Numbered from the stretch's first letter, positions 10,892 through 21,233 are shown. The stretch is DNA of 64,000 nt from an uncultured virus (IMG/VR IMGVR_UViG_3300032007_000041) (IMGVR_UViG_3300032007_000041), one strand, 5' to 3'. Notes: generated by a model not told the origin, from the letters alone. Numbers and translations are program-made.

Positions 10892-12277
10892 TTATACAAT
10901 ATATTGATATGAATAGCACCAACCACGAACTTTAACAACATAACAAGCACAGGAAGCTTCATGTCCAAAACAAGAGCAATAATTACAATTGCAAACACAT
11001 AAACTAGAAATTAAATTGATAGCTTTCATAAAATATGTTGCTACATTCGTACCTGCAATATTTAATGTATATTCACCTCTTGTAATTCCTAAAGGATTCA
11101 TACAAAATCTTGCTACTGTAATATTTGATTCTTGTGAAAAATTCCTTGTTTCTATCTGTTTTATTGGATTACCATTAACATCTTTCATAATGTTACCGTT
11201 TTTATCTTTAACCACGGTTTCTCTTGTACCAATACAATTTTGAACAAACATTGGGTCAATATCACCTGCTTCAGATATTCCACCTAATAAAGCAGTTCTC
11301 CATCTGTACACATAAGTATATAGGTCTGAAGGTATATATCCAAATACATCAAATGCAGGTTTTCTAATGCCATCATCATAAGTTACATACTTAACATAAT
11401 CTATATTGCCATATGGTCTGCGTTTAGGTTGATATATAACACCCCCACCTAAATTATATATTGGTTGCGTTGAATATCCATAAATATCACTTGTTAGTAG
11501 ATTGTCTGGTTCATGTGCAGAAACAACAGTATTGCCTTCAATATTGTTTATTTCATCTTGCTGTATTCCTGAATGTCGATATACATATTCTCTCATATCT
11601 GAACCTGTAAACCAGTTATTCCCTTTATGTGAACCAACATTTATTTCAGAAGCATTAGGATTATAATCTAATTGAGCGAAATCAGGTTCATTCTTTGCAG
11701 ATGTATTAACGGTAGTTGAAGAACCACCACTACTATAAGTTATAATACTGTCACTTTTATCTACTGACAATGGGAACGTTTGTATAGGCAATCTATCATT
11801 AACAGAACTTGATGCTTTAGCTGGTAACTCAATTTTAAATAATGTCAATATATCAGAAAAAATTTTTTCTATATCACTTTGGCGTATTTTGTCACCACTA
11901 GCCATATATCCACTATGCCCATTTTGGGAATCCAATTGAGCACTCATTGGTTGCAAAGTTCCTGGTCCATTCATAAAATTATTTCTTAACATAAATTCTT
12001 GGCGAATTTTAATTAGCAAAGCATTCCATTCATCATTTGTAATTGGATTATCATCAAAATTTTCTCTCAATCTAGTTGAACGCCTTTGATAGCTATGATT
12101 TGCTAAATATGATTGTGAACTACTATCGAATGTTGACCACAAACTAGTGGAAAATTCATAGTCTTTATCACCACCTGGTGTACCATATGGTTTGCATATA
12201 GGAAATTTTCCTGTTGGGTCAGGAACATATTGATAAAATCCGTCGCCTTTAAATCTATTTGCTATTTGTACTGACAT
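10892..12277 (-). CDS. Large protein with C-terminal Cys cluster; candidate radical SAM/SPASM substrate, possibly virion-associated
   Basis: Ends ...SLCVCNCNYCSCFGHEASCACYVVKVRGWCYSYQYIV; directly downstream of two SPASM enzymes. Confidence 0.6.
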   Translation of the reverse strand: MSVQIANRFKGDGFYQYVPDPTGKFPICKPYGTPGGDKDYEFSTSLWSTFDSSSQSYLANHSYQRRSTRLRENFDDNPITNDEWNALLIKIRQEFMLRNNFMNGPGTLQPMSAQLDSQNGHSGYMASGDKIRQSDIEKIFSDILTLFKIELPAKASSSVNDRLPIQTFPLSVDKSDSIITYSSGGSSTTVNTSAKNEPDFAQLDYNPNASEINVGSHKGNNWFTGSDMREYVYRHSGIQQDEINNIEGNTVVSAHEPDNLLTSDIYGYSTQPIYNLGGGVIYQPKRRPYGNIDYVKYVTYDDGIRKPAFDVFGYIPSDLYTYVYRWRTALLGGISEAGDIDPMFVQNCIGTRETVVKDKNGNIMKDVNGNPIKQIETRNFSQESNITVARFCMNPLGITRGEYTLNIAGTNVATYFMKAINLISSLCVCNCNYCSCFGHEASCACYVVKVRGWCYSYQYIV

Positions 12278-12337
12278 ATCTATATCAACTCCATTATATA
12301 TTTATTTTCAAAAAATTGATTATCTATTTAATAAATA

Positions 12338-13414
12338 TTAATGAGTCAATTTATAATATGCTTTAATATAATCAGAGATTTTATTATATAATTTACAAAC
12401 ATCTTCTTTATTTGAATTATTCCATTGTTCTTTTTTACCATTGCTATTTAAAGCATTACATCTAAAACAAAATATAGATTCACAATTAGAACATTTTTCA
12501 TTTTTTTTAAACATATTGTTTGCAACTAAATAATTACAATCTACCTTATGCAAAAAATTATCTTCAAAAATATTCGTATATACTAAATCTTGTTTCCCAT
12601 ACAAACAACCGTGACAATAAGATACATCACCATTCAAATCTATTTGAAATGAATTATATCCACCTGAACAATCCGCATTACTATTTGGCTGGTCAAACCA
12701 TAAAAATCCTGTTTGACCAAACTCTTTATTTTTCAAGAAATAACGGATTAATTTAATAAACTGATTATTCATTTTATTATAATCCACATTGCCTACATTT
12801 AATGTATCTGGTGTTAACGCAAATGGAATTTTTTTCTTTAATTCTTTATTTAATTTCTCAAAATTCAAATATTGTTCAAATAAATGTTCTTCTAAATCAT
12901 TAATTGTACACGTAGATTTTGTGCCAACATAAAAATCATTTTCATCAAACCATTTTATTGCTTCTCGTACCATTTTATCTGTTTCTTCCGCACTATGATT
13001 TAATTGTATACGTTGATTATTTTCTATATTATGATAATCATATGATACTTGAATCTGTAATCTTCTTCCTACGTGTTCTTTTATTTCTAATAAATCATTT
13101 TTATATGCTTGCACTAACGAACCATTTGTATACATGAAAAAGCTAACATCTTTATTATCATAAAATTCTGATATTATTTTTTTAATTTTATCAAAATAAA
13201 CTGTTGGTTCTCCACCCCAAAATTCAATTCTTAGTTCATTAACTTCTGCTAATTCATGTAATACTTCTATAATTCTGTCAAAAACATTTTGTGGAATACT
13301 TTCGTTTTTTTCAACTGCTCCATTTTTAACCTCAAAGCAATATTTACAACGGAAATTACAACCGCTCCCCATATTAATAGAAACTGACATAGGTGTTTTC
13401 ATAATTATTATCAT
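12338..13414 (-). CDS. Radical SAM/SPASM domain protein
   Basis: CNFRCKYC, WGGEP, YTNG; SPASM-type CSGG...GDVSYC...CSNCESIFCFRC...C. Confidence 0.9.
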   Translation of the reverse strand: MIIIMKTPMSVSINMGSGCNFRCKYCFEVKNGAVEKNESIPQNVFDRIIEVLHELAEVNELRIEFWGGEPTVYFDKIKKIISEFYDNKDVSFFMYTNGSLVQAYKNDLLEIKEHVGRRLQIQVSYDYHNIENNQRIQLNHSAEETDKMVREAIKWFDENDFYVGTKSTCTINDLEEHLFEQYLNFEKLNKELKKKIPFALTPDTLNVGNVDYNKMNNQFIKLIRYFLKNKEFGQTGFLWFDQPNSNADCSGGYNSFQIDLNGDVSYCHGCLYGKQDLVYTNIFEDNFLHKVDCNYLVANNMFKKNEKCSNCESIFCFRCNALNSNGKKEQWNNSNKEDVCKLYNKISDYIKAYYKLTH

Positions 13415-14454
13415 TCCTTATTTAATATATTAATATTATATTTATTTTTCATATATTGATATAATTTTGTAACCATATGAAAACATATTTTCAAAACTTC
13501 ACAATATCCATCTATAATACCATTATTCTGTATTTGTGAATATAAACACCCTTGATTACAAAAATTATTCAAAATACATTTATTACATTTATCATTATAT
13601 GTATTATTAATAGATTTTATATATGATATATTATCTTCAAAATATGTATCGTTATTACTGTCATACAATGGATATTGATGATTTGTATAAAATCTTGAAC
13701 AAGGATAAATTATACCTTCAGGAGTTATACTAAATCCACTACTACCTGCAAAACATATAAAATTTCTTTTTCCATTTAACAAATTTTGTAATATCTTTTC
13801 AACAAATCCTATATAAATCCATCTATTATAATTGTCATAATTCATTACCATAAAATCATATAAATTGTTTACCTGATTTTTTAATTCATTTAAACTATTT
13901 TTGTCCCATATATTATCCTTGACAAAAGATACATCTATATAAAAATTATCTATATCATTCTTCATAGCTAATTTATAAAAATAAACGATGTTTTTCATCA
14001 TATTATAAACATTATGATTATCTATCATCATTTTTGGTTGCATTTCTACAATTTTATTTTTGTATAATTGTTCTATATATTTATGATTATTGTCATTACA
14101 ACCATCACAACTAATTCCTATATGAATATTTCTTGTGTCAAATTCATTTTTAATTTTATCATTCAATAATATACCATTCGTTTGCATAAAACTATGCACT
14201 ACATTTAAATTAGTTTTTAAGTACTCGTCAAATAATAAAATATTTTCATATTCTAATAAAGGTTCTCCACCAAAATATGTTACATCATATTCTCCGTCAA
14301 AACTATCATCTATTTTTTTAGATAAATATTGTATATTTTTGATTTGTTTTTTTAATACATCAAATGTTAATTTTTTTGAATTTTGATTTATATAACAATA
14401 CTCACATTTTAAATTACAAGCATTCGTCATATGAATTTGTATAACATGCTTCAT
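13411..14454 (-). CDS. Radical SAM/SPASM domain protein
   Basis: CNLKCEYC, FGGEP, QTNG; CFAG...GIIYPC...CNKCILNNFCNQGC...YC. Confidence 0.92.
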   Translation of the reverse strand: MKHVIQIHMTNACNLKCEYCYINQNSKKLTFDVLKKQIKNIQYLSKKIDDSFDGEYDVTYFGGEPLLEYENILLFDEYLKTNLNVVHSFMQTNGILLNDKIKNEFDTRNIHIGISCDGCNDNNHKYIEQLYKNKIVEMQPKMMIDNHNVYNMMKNIVYFYKLAMKNDIDNFYIDVSFVKDNIWDKNSLNELKNQVNNLYDFMVMNYDNYNRWIYIGFVEKILQNLLNGKRNFICFAGSSGFSITPEGIIYPCSRFYTNHQYPLYDSNNDTYFEDNISYIKSINNTYNDKCNKCILNNFCNQGCLYSQIQNNGIIDGYCEVLKICFHMVTKLYQYMKNKYNINILNKE

Positions 14455-14464
14455 TTTTCTCTCC

Positions 14465-14502
14465 TAAAAAAAGAAGTATATGTATATTATACTTCTTTTT
14501 TT
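14465..14502. terminator. Intrinsic terminator after the 910-aa gene
   Basis: AAAAAAAGAAGTATA-tgtatat-TATACTTCTTTTTTT inverted repeat. Confidence 0.7.
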
Positions 14503-14504
14503 AC

Positions 14505-17237
14505 TTATTCTCCTTTTTCATTAATTACCATATCGTTCATATACGTATTCCTATTTTTTATATTCAATGGATATTGATAAGAATATTTTGCCATATAACC
14601 ATACCTATTATCATTTGGTATACCACTAATACTTGTTATATTTTTCATTTCATGATAAATGTTATCATATCCACCATAATATAATTTATTAAAATCACTT
14701 ATTGAAAATACATACATATCTCTTTCTATTGTATCATACAAATATGATTTACTTAATAATACACTAAATGATGTTAGTTGTTGTTGTGCATAACTATAAA
14801 TATCATTAAAATGTATATCTGTTTCAATAATTTCTTGACCTATTTGTTTCTTTAAAATAATATTTATAGTCGTTTTTATCAATTTACCTTTTAACCAATT
14901 TAAAATTACATATGTATTTTCGTCCATTTCATAAATTCTTGCTCTACACAAATCTTTATATACAAAATGCTCTCTTGTATCATCATTCCCATAAAAATCT
15001 TGTGGCTTTGCAGAATATAAGTTAATTCCACCATAATATATATTGCAATTTCTAAAAATTGCATAATCATCAATGTTTTTTGTTTTAAATGGTTTTGATA
15101 CTTTGATAAAATATTTATTATTTAGACTTTCATATCCTATCTGTGGTATTAAATTCAATCCATCGTCTATATAATGATAATTCAAATTAATATTGTCTAT
15201 ATCTATATCATATCTAGGATTTCCTTCAGAAATATTATCATCATATATTAGAAAATCTTCTCTACAAGTTACATCTATATTCGCATTAAATTTAATATTT
15301 ACATTCGTTGTTTTATTTTGAAATTTAACAATTACAGGAATAGTAATTTTATAGAAAAACATTTGAGCAGAAAATTTTAAATTATAGTCAGTATAACCCA
15401 TATCTTTATAATAATAATCTTTCGTCTTATACGAAGATGTAGTATTATTATACTTTAATTCATATTCTACTCCATCTTTTGTTATCGTAGGTAAATTTTG
15501 TATATAAGACATTAATTTTGATTTTAATTCTCCATATATATTCGTTATCATATCATTACAATTAATTACAGTCAATTCATAATTCTCTATAATTACTTTT
15601 TGAAAAATATTTCTACCATCAAAATTAATAAATTTAATTAGTAAATTATCTTTTTTATCAAAACAACAAATATCATGCTCTTTTACATAATTTATTGTAT
15701 TTTGCGTTAATCTCACATTAAAATCATATTTTTCATAATTAATTCCATCATATTGAATAATGTGTACACCAAATTCATCAAAATTAACAAAGAAAAAATA
15801 TTTATCATTATATGTAATATAATCACAATCAAAATATTTTTCTTGACTTTCTGTAATTGGTAATTTTACTTTTTTAGGTACTGTAATCGTAGATGATGCT
15901 AAACTTGTTCCTACAGGAATAAAATTTAAATCATAATTTTTCTTATTTAAAGTAAAATATCCATCTAATGCATTTTCGTCTACTGTATTATCTACATAAG
16001 TAGAATCAAATTCAATATTAATTTTGTTTTTACTATATTTAACAATCTTATTACCTGTTTTACTTGTACTTAAAGCAAGTGAATTATCATGTTGTGGTGT
16101 AATCACAAAAGAAGTAAAAATATCATCACCACAAGATAATAATATATTAAAAGAACAGGTATCTTTATGGATTATTTTTCTATCTTTATCTATAACTTTT
16201 GTTATAATACCTTTTCCTGTAAATTCAAATTTGTTTGGGTCTTTATTTGTTGCATGTTTTTTATATTTCTTCCTTAAATATTGAGTGGAAAATTTTTCTG
16301 CGTGAAACAAATAGTCACCAATCTTAATCTCAACAAATCCATTATACTTTTCTCTTTTATCAATTACCATTTCAAATACTTTACCATCATATTCAGGATT
16401 TACAATGTCTTTAGATGTATCATCAATAGTATTGTTAATAACCCCAACAATTCCACCATAAATACCATATTCTTTATCTGTATCTTCATGCAAGTATGAA
16501 ATTGTATTCAAAGAAAGAGAATTTGGATAGATTAACGTGGATAATATAATAGGTTTCGTGATTCCATTTGTTGTAATAATAACTGCTTTATATAAAACTG
16601 TCCTTGTTTCTTTTAATGTGGTATCAAATGAAAAATGTGTATAATAATATTGATGGTCTTTTATTTCCATTTGACCTAGATAACTCCATTTTATATCTCT
16701 AGTATCATAATGATTATTATAATCAGATTCTTCTGATATACGACTATGTTCATCTATTTCAGTTAATGGAGCTATATGATTATATAGTAAAACCTTATCT
16801 ATTTGATATTCTGTTTCTAAATTCAATATTATATCTAAATAAGAATAGTTTTCATGTAATCCATAAGTAGAAAAACTTCTTATTTTTATTTTATCTTCTA
16901 CATTTGAATATACAATTTTAAAATAAAAATCATTCTTAAATATTTTTCCACCTTCAAGAATTAATTCTACTGCATAATTGTAATTACCAAAACCTAACCA
17001 ATTATCATCTTTAATTTCATATTTTGTACTTGAACGTTGATTAATTTTATAATCGTTATATACTTCTCCGTTTTTATAAATAATGATATGATTAATTGGT
17101 GATTCCAAATGATTTACAGCAAAATTAAAAGCAAAATTATATATATATTCTCTTGCAAAAAACACATCTTTAGTATCTTCTAATATATGTTCATATTTAT
17201 TATCTGCAAATGAAAATACTATATCACGATTTATCAT
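14505..17237 (-). CDS. Large hypothetical protein (910 aa)
   Basis: Long ORF with GGTGA RBS; Tyr/Asn/Ile-rich; no motif recognised. Confidence 0.75.
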   Translation of the reverse strand: MINRDIVFSFADNKYEHILEDTKDVFFAREYIYNFAFNFAVNHLESPINHIIIYKNGEVYNDYKINQRSSTKYEIKDDNWLGFGNYNYAVELILEGGKIFKNDFYFKIVYSNVEDKIKIRSFSTYGLHENYSYLDIILNLETEYQIDKVLLYNHIAPLTEIDEHSRISEESDYNNHYDTRDIKWSYLGQMEIKDHQYYYTHFSFDTTLKETRTVLYKAVIITTNGITKPIILSTLIYPNSLSLNTISYLHEDTDKEYGIYGGIVGVINNTIDDTSKDIVNPEYDGKVFEMVIDKREKYNGFVEIKIGDYLFHAEKFSTQYLRKKYKKHATNKDPNKFEFTGKGIITKVIDKDRKIIHKDTCSFNILLSCGDDIFTSFVITPQHDNSLALSTSKTGNKIVKYSKNKINIEFDSTYVDNTVDENALDGYFTLNKKNYDLNFIPVGTSLASSTITVPKKVKLPITESQEKYFDCDYITYNDKYFFFVNFDEFGVHIIQYDGINYEKYDFNVRLTQNTINYVKEHDICCFDKKDNLLIKFINFDGRNIFQKVIIENYELTVINCNDMITNIYGELKSKLMSYIQNLPTITKDGVEYELKYNNTTSSYKTKDYYYKDMGYTDYNLKFSAQMFFYKITIPVIVKFQNKTTNVNIKFNANIDVTCREDFLIYDDNISEGNPRYDIDIDNINLNYHYIDDGLNLIPQIGYESLNNKYFIKVSKPFKTKNIDDYAIFRNCNIYYGGINLYSAKPQDFYGNDDTREHFVYKDLCRARIYEMDENTYVILNWLKGKLIKTTINIILKKQIGQEIIETDIHFNDIYSYAQQQLTSFSVLLSKSYLYDTIERDMYVFSISDFNKLYYGGYDNIYHEMKNITSISGIPNDNRYGYMAKYSYQYPLNIKNRNTYMNDMVINEKGE

Positions 17238-17247
17238 TTCATCACCA

Positions 17248-17541
17248 TCATTCTGCTAAAAATAAATTTCCTGTTTTTATAGCCTTTGGTATTAAATCTC
17301 TTAATCCTTCCATACAATCTATCGCCAAATCATAATCTTTAAAATGCATCCTATCATTTTTTGATTTTTCCTCTGAATGATATTCGTTAATGATAAAATA
17401 TTTTAAATCTTCAGGATTTAAATTTAATGTCATAGCTAAAGTTTTATTTGTATTAAATTGTATTTCCACTCCACCTACAAGACGATATGCAACTACATAG
17501 TATCCATATTCATCTTCTTCTACTTTAAAGTCTATAAGCAT
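17248..17541 (-). CDS. Hypothetical protein (start reassigned to MLIDFK...)
   Basis: AAGGAGG RBS directly precedes the ATG at 17541. Confidence 0.7.
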   Translation of the reverse strand: MLIDFKVEEDEYGYYVVAYRLVGGVEIQFNTNKTLAMTLNLNPEDLKYFIINEYHSEEKSKNDRMHFKDYDLAIDCMEGLRDLIPKAIKTGNLFLAE

Positions 17542-17671
17542 AATTATTCCTCCTTCTAAAAACATATACAAATGTGTACAAAAGTGTATTTTACGCACGT
17601 TTGAACACACTTGCGTATGCTTTTGGATGCTTAACGATTAGTCCTATGTAATATATCTCTAATTAATAAAT

Positions 17672-17703
17672 AAAAGGACGTACAATTTAATATACGTCCT
17701 TTT
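17672..17703. terminator. Intrinsic terminator
   Basis: AAAAGGACGTA-loop-TACGTCCTTTT. Confidence 0.7.
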
Positions 17704-17706
17704 AAC

Positions 17707-17940
17707 TTAATTTATATGTAATAACAACCATCGAAACACAAAATCATCATTCAACAGATTTATTTGTTTATCTTGTAATTGAAATTGTCCATTAATCATT
17801 TTATTACAATAACAATTCCAAACCGGACCAGACATCATTACTGATAAACGTGTATCTCCTTTATCAAAATAATGACCTAATGGGTCTTTAAAATATCTAT
17901 ATCCTAATTTTTTCATATGACCTATAATTTTTCCTGTCAT
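17707..17940 (-). CDS. Hypothetical protein
   Basis: 77-aa ORF with GGTGA RBS, followed by a terminator. Confidence 0.65.
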   Translation of the reverse strand: MTGKIIGHMKKLGYRYFKDPLGHYFDKGDTRLSVMMSGPVWNCYCNKMINGQFQLQDKQINLLNDDFVFRWLLLHIN

Positions 17941-17944
17941 ATCA

Positions 17945-18487
17945 TCACCACAAATCTAATTCATCTGTGATTAACATTTTAATAAATGGAGTAATCATTT
18001 TTTTAGGGAACATAATATCTGTCTGCTTACGAATTTTTGCAGTAGCAGAATTATGTGAATCTCCATTCATACGACAACTATCATAAAAATCACATAAATG
18101 TAACATAATCGCATATAGATGAATATTATTTACATCCAGTCCGCTAGGATAACCGCTACCATCTAAATTTTCCATATGTTGTGATACAATATCTGCAATT
18201 CTATCATAATCGCCTAAATTACAAATAACTGCTTTTGAAAATAATGGATATACATTATCTAAAGAAACTATATCTTTCCCAATTTTAATTTCTTTATCAA
18301 AATTACATTTGCCAACTTCATGTAAAAATCCTGCAATATATAATGTTTCTCTATCCACACTATCTATATCAAACTTTTTTCCAAATTCATAGCACATCAT
18401 AGCTACACGTTCAGAATGTTTATAGATTTCAGGATATTTTTGTTCCATTATATCTAAAAGTTTATTTACTTTTTCCATTCGCTTCAA
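17945..18487 (-). CDS. HD-GYP domain protein with degenerate metal-binding motifs
   Basis: HSERVA, LHEVGK (canonical LHDIGK), QHMENLDGSGYP (canonical HHE..DGSGYP), CDFYD. Confidence 0.85.
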   Translation of the reverse strand: MKRMEKVNKLLDIMEQKYPEIYKHSERVAMMCYEFGKKFDIDSVDRETLYIAGFLHEVGKCNFDKEIKIGKDIVSLDNVYPLFSKAVICNLGDYDRIADIVSQHMENLDGSGYPSGLDVNNIHLYAIMLHLCDFYDSCRMNGDSHNSATAKIRKQTDIMFPKKMITPFIKMLITDELDLW

Positions 18488-18585
18488 TGGAAATCACATC
18501 CTTCTAAATATTTAAATCGAATATAATTTTATTTAATTAATAGATAAAAATATTTTTATAATCATCTATTAAAAAAATAATAATC

Positions 18586-18615
18586 TTGATTAAAATAATA
18601 ACGATTTTCTATAAT
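18586..18615 (+). promoter_or_regulatory. Sigma70/SigA-type promoter for the lone plus-strand gene
   Basis: TTGATT-18 bp-TATAAT. Confidence 0.6.
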
Positions 18616-18619
18616 ATTT

Positions 18620-19369
18620 ATGAAAATTTTTCAGAAAGGTAAAAATAGTATGGAAAAACAAATGGATATAGAATATACAGAATTAGATAGTTCATATAAT
18701 ACATTGGCAAAAGCTCTAGCTAATTTAATTAAACAACATACAAAAACACAAAAAAAAATTCAAGAAATAAAGCAACAATTAGAAGTTATATATAACAGGT
18801 TAGAAATTTATATTAAAAATGAATTTTATGATACATATTGTTATAAAAAACAAGTATTTATTTTAGATAAAGATAAAATCATATTCTATAAACAATCTGA
18901 TATGGACAAAGCAAAAGAAGCATATGAGGATTATATAGATGAAGAAGATGATTTTGACAAAGAATTTGAAGATATGTATAATTTAGATTTTATGGATATA
19001 GACCAAATCGAAGAAGAAGATAGTAATACATATCGCAAAATGGTAGATTTTCTAAAAAAAGAATTAAAAAAACCTTTATATGAAAAAGATATAAACCCTA
19101 GACAAATTAAAACTATGAATAAAATCATTTCTTCTAGTTTACATATAAAAGAAAAATATAATTATGCACAACAAAAACTATCAGATTTAGAAGCAGATTA
19201 TACAGATTGTTTAAATGAAATTCTTCAACAATTAACTGAAGATGAAAAATATAATTTTAATTATGATAAAGACGAATTAGTATCTGTAAGGGACGAGAAA
19301 ACAATGACTTGGCATTTAATCTTTTATCCACGAGCTAACACAGATACTTTAAATAAATTATTAAATTAA
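18620..19369 (+). CDS. Acidic coiled-coil hypothetical protein, the only convincing plus-strand gene (start may be Met at 18650)
   Basis: 249-aa ORF in a gap between minus-strand genes, with its own promoter, GAAAGGT RBS and terminator. Confidence 0.8.
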   Translation: MKIFQKGKNSMEKQMDIEYTELDSSYNTLAKALANLIKQHTKTQKKIQEIKQQLEVIYNRLEIYIKNEFYDTYCYKKQVFILDKDKIIFYKQSDMDKAKEAYEDYIDEEDDFDKEFEDMYNLDFMDIDQIEEEDSNTYRKMVDFLKKELKKPLYEKDINPRQIKTMNKIISSSLHIKEKYNYAQQKLSDLEADYTDCLNEILQQLTEDEKYNFNYDKDELVSVRDEKTMTWHLIFYPRANTDTLNKLLN

Positions 19370-19401
19370 AAAGGCTTTAGGAAAATTCCTAAAGCCTTTT
19401 T
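19368..19401. terminator. Bidirectional intrinsic terminator
   Basis: AAAAAGGCTTTAGGAA-aa-TTCCTAAAGCCTTTTT between convergent genes. Confidence 0.85.
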
Positions 19402-19403
19402 AA

Positions 19404-20945
19404 TTATTCTTCTTTATCTCCTAAAGATAATACATTTTCAAATTGCTTTTGTAATTCATCGGCAGTTATAGAAACATATCCATTAACTGTTGGGAGAACA
19501 CCTGCAAAATAGCAAGACATATAAACACCTGCTGCTTTATCCGTTCCTCTAAGTGATTTTTTAACCGTATCTGTCAAAGATAAATCATTTATTTTGTTAT
19601 TTTTATTATATCTCTTAAATAATTCTAATGAATTAAATGCTTCTACAACACCTGGAGCATACCATTTAATTTTATGACTCTTTAATCCATCAAAAATTCT
19701 ATCAATAATATTTTCTATTTGTTCTGTTTTTTCTACTGCCTTTTGTTGCAATTCATCTGCTGAAGAAAATCCATTTTTTATAGCGAACATATATGCTTGA
19801 ACATCCCTATCAAATTCTTTGTTCTTAAACATATCTACGATAGTATTATACATTTTATTGTATTCGTCACTACCATTTTCGATTTCTTTGTCATTCTTTA
19901 ATTCATTTAATAAGAATTGTTTTGTTGCATCGTTTACCTTAGCATTTATTTGATTTCGTTTCATACCATCAACAAAACCCCATATCTTAGAGACAGGGAA
20001 ACACTCATCTATATTCTTAGGTATATCTGCAACGTATTTACATTTTTCAACTAATGCTTCAAATTTCTTATCTGCCGTTTGATTTAAATATGGATTACCT
20101 TGCTTATCTCCATTCCCACCAAATACTTTTCTTAATACGCCTTGGAAATTACCATCACCAACTTTGGGAACATTGTTACGACTTACATTGAATCCACGTT
20201 CTTTTTGTAATTTATCTTCTTCAATATCTAAATCTTCTTTATATTGTGGGTCAACTTTTAATTGTAAACTCTGATTGTCTACTATTTTAACAGTTTCATT
20301 TGTAGGCTTTAAATGCTTATCATTGGTAGTTCCTTCGTTATTCAGTTTTTGAAATGTATATACTTTTACATCACCATAAACAAAAATATCTTTATAATCA
20401 TCTTGAATATCTAAATTACTACGATAATATTTTTTTTCTTCCCCTTTTTCATCAGTTGCCTTATCAACATATTGAATATGGAATCCAATACCTTTTTTCG
20501 GATTATTAACATCTAATGGAACTAAATTTTTCTCTACTATTTCCCAATTACTCCATCTTTTATGTTTTGATAATACATTTTGTACTTGTTCTATGGTGTT
20601 TGCTGTTAATTGCGGTAAACTTTTAACTTGACTCAAAAATGGTTGTATATCATCCATACCTAATAATTGTGGTAAATTTCTAATGTCTACTTTTTCTATA
20701 GAAATTGGTTTAGAAGCCAAATATGTACTTCCAAAGTTTCCAGATAATGGTGTAAATCCTCCTTGCGAGACAATTGTATTTAACGCAATATAATCAGTTA
20801 CATCATTATCTCCTTGTATCATAGGCATTGTTGATGTTTCAGACCATCTTCCCAATCTTTGAATCATAGCTAACACAACATTTTTCTGACGTTTTGGAAA
20901 CATTGTATTAAGTTGTTTTAAAACAATATTCATACACTTACACAA
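19404..20945 (-). CDS. Hypothetical protein, possibly virion-internal (likely start MNIVLK)
   Basis: 513-aa ORF; N-terminal MNIVL shared with 40842..41591; preceded by the putative late-promoter motif. Confidence 0.7.
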   Translation of the reverse strand: MCKCMNIVLKQLNTMFPKRQKNVVLAMIQRLGRWSETSTMPMIQGDNDVTDYIALNTIVSQGGFTPLSGNFGSTYLASKPISIEKVDIRNLPQLLGMDDIQPFLSQVKSLPQLTANTIEQVQNVLSKHKRWSNWEIVEKNLVPLDVNNPKKGIGFHIQYVDKATDEKGEEKKYYRSNLDIQDDYKDIFVYGDVKVYTFQKLNNEGTTNDKHLKPTNETVKIVDNQSLQLKVDPQYKEDLDIEEDKLQKERGFNVSRNNVPKVGDGNFQGVLRKVFGGNGDKQGNPYLNQTADKKFEALVEKCKYVADIPKNIDECFPVSKIWGFVDGMKRNQINAKVNDATKQFLLNELKNDKEIENGSDEYNKMYNTIVDMFKNKEFDRDVQAYMFAIKNGFSSADELQQKAVEKTEQIENIIDRIFDGLKSHKIKWYAPGVVEAFNSLELFKRYNKNNKINDLSLTDTVKKSLRGTDKAAGVYMSCYFAGVLPTVNGYVSITADELQKQFENVLSLGDKEE

Positions 20946-21039
20946 CCTTTTTATATATAAAATGATATTTTTTCTATTTGTTCTAAATAAAAAATACGAT
21001 AATACGTTTAAAACATTACCATAAAATAAAATCGTAGTA

Positions 21040-21233
21040 AATAGGGGTATACGAAATCCCTGACGATTTCAGGCGTTACTGTACACCAAATTATTTCAAG
21101 CACATCAATTCGTTTCTCTTGGCAAGCCAAGTATCACAACTCCTATCAACAGTTGCGTCTATTTTATATCCCAAACTAGGTTGGAGAGCAACAATCTCTT
21201 GGAAGTTGTTCTCTCCTAGTTGGAGGTTTTTGT
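21040..21233 (-). ncRNA. Candidate TnpB-associated omegaRNA-like structured RNA
   Basis: Successive helices on the minus strand: AACUAGG/CCUAGUU, GCAACU/AGUUGU, CUUGGC/GCCAAG, GGUGUAC/GUAUACC, CCUGA/UCAGG. G-U pairs favour the minus strand. Lies directly 3' of a TnpB-like C-terminus. Confidence 0.45.

Noticed and set aside
21045..21090. Hammerhead ribozyme suggested by CTGACGA and GAAA on the plus strand
   Set aside because: GAAA lies only 3 nt before CUGANGA, leaving no room for stems I and III, and G-U pairs favour the opposite strand.
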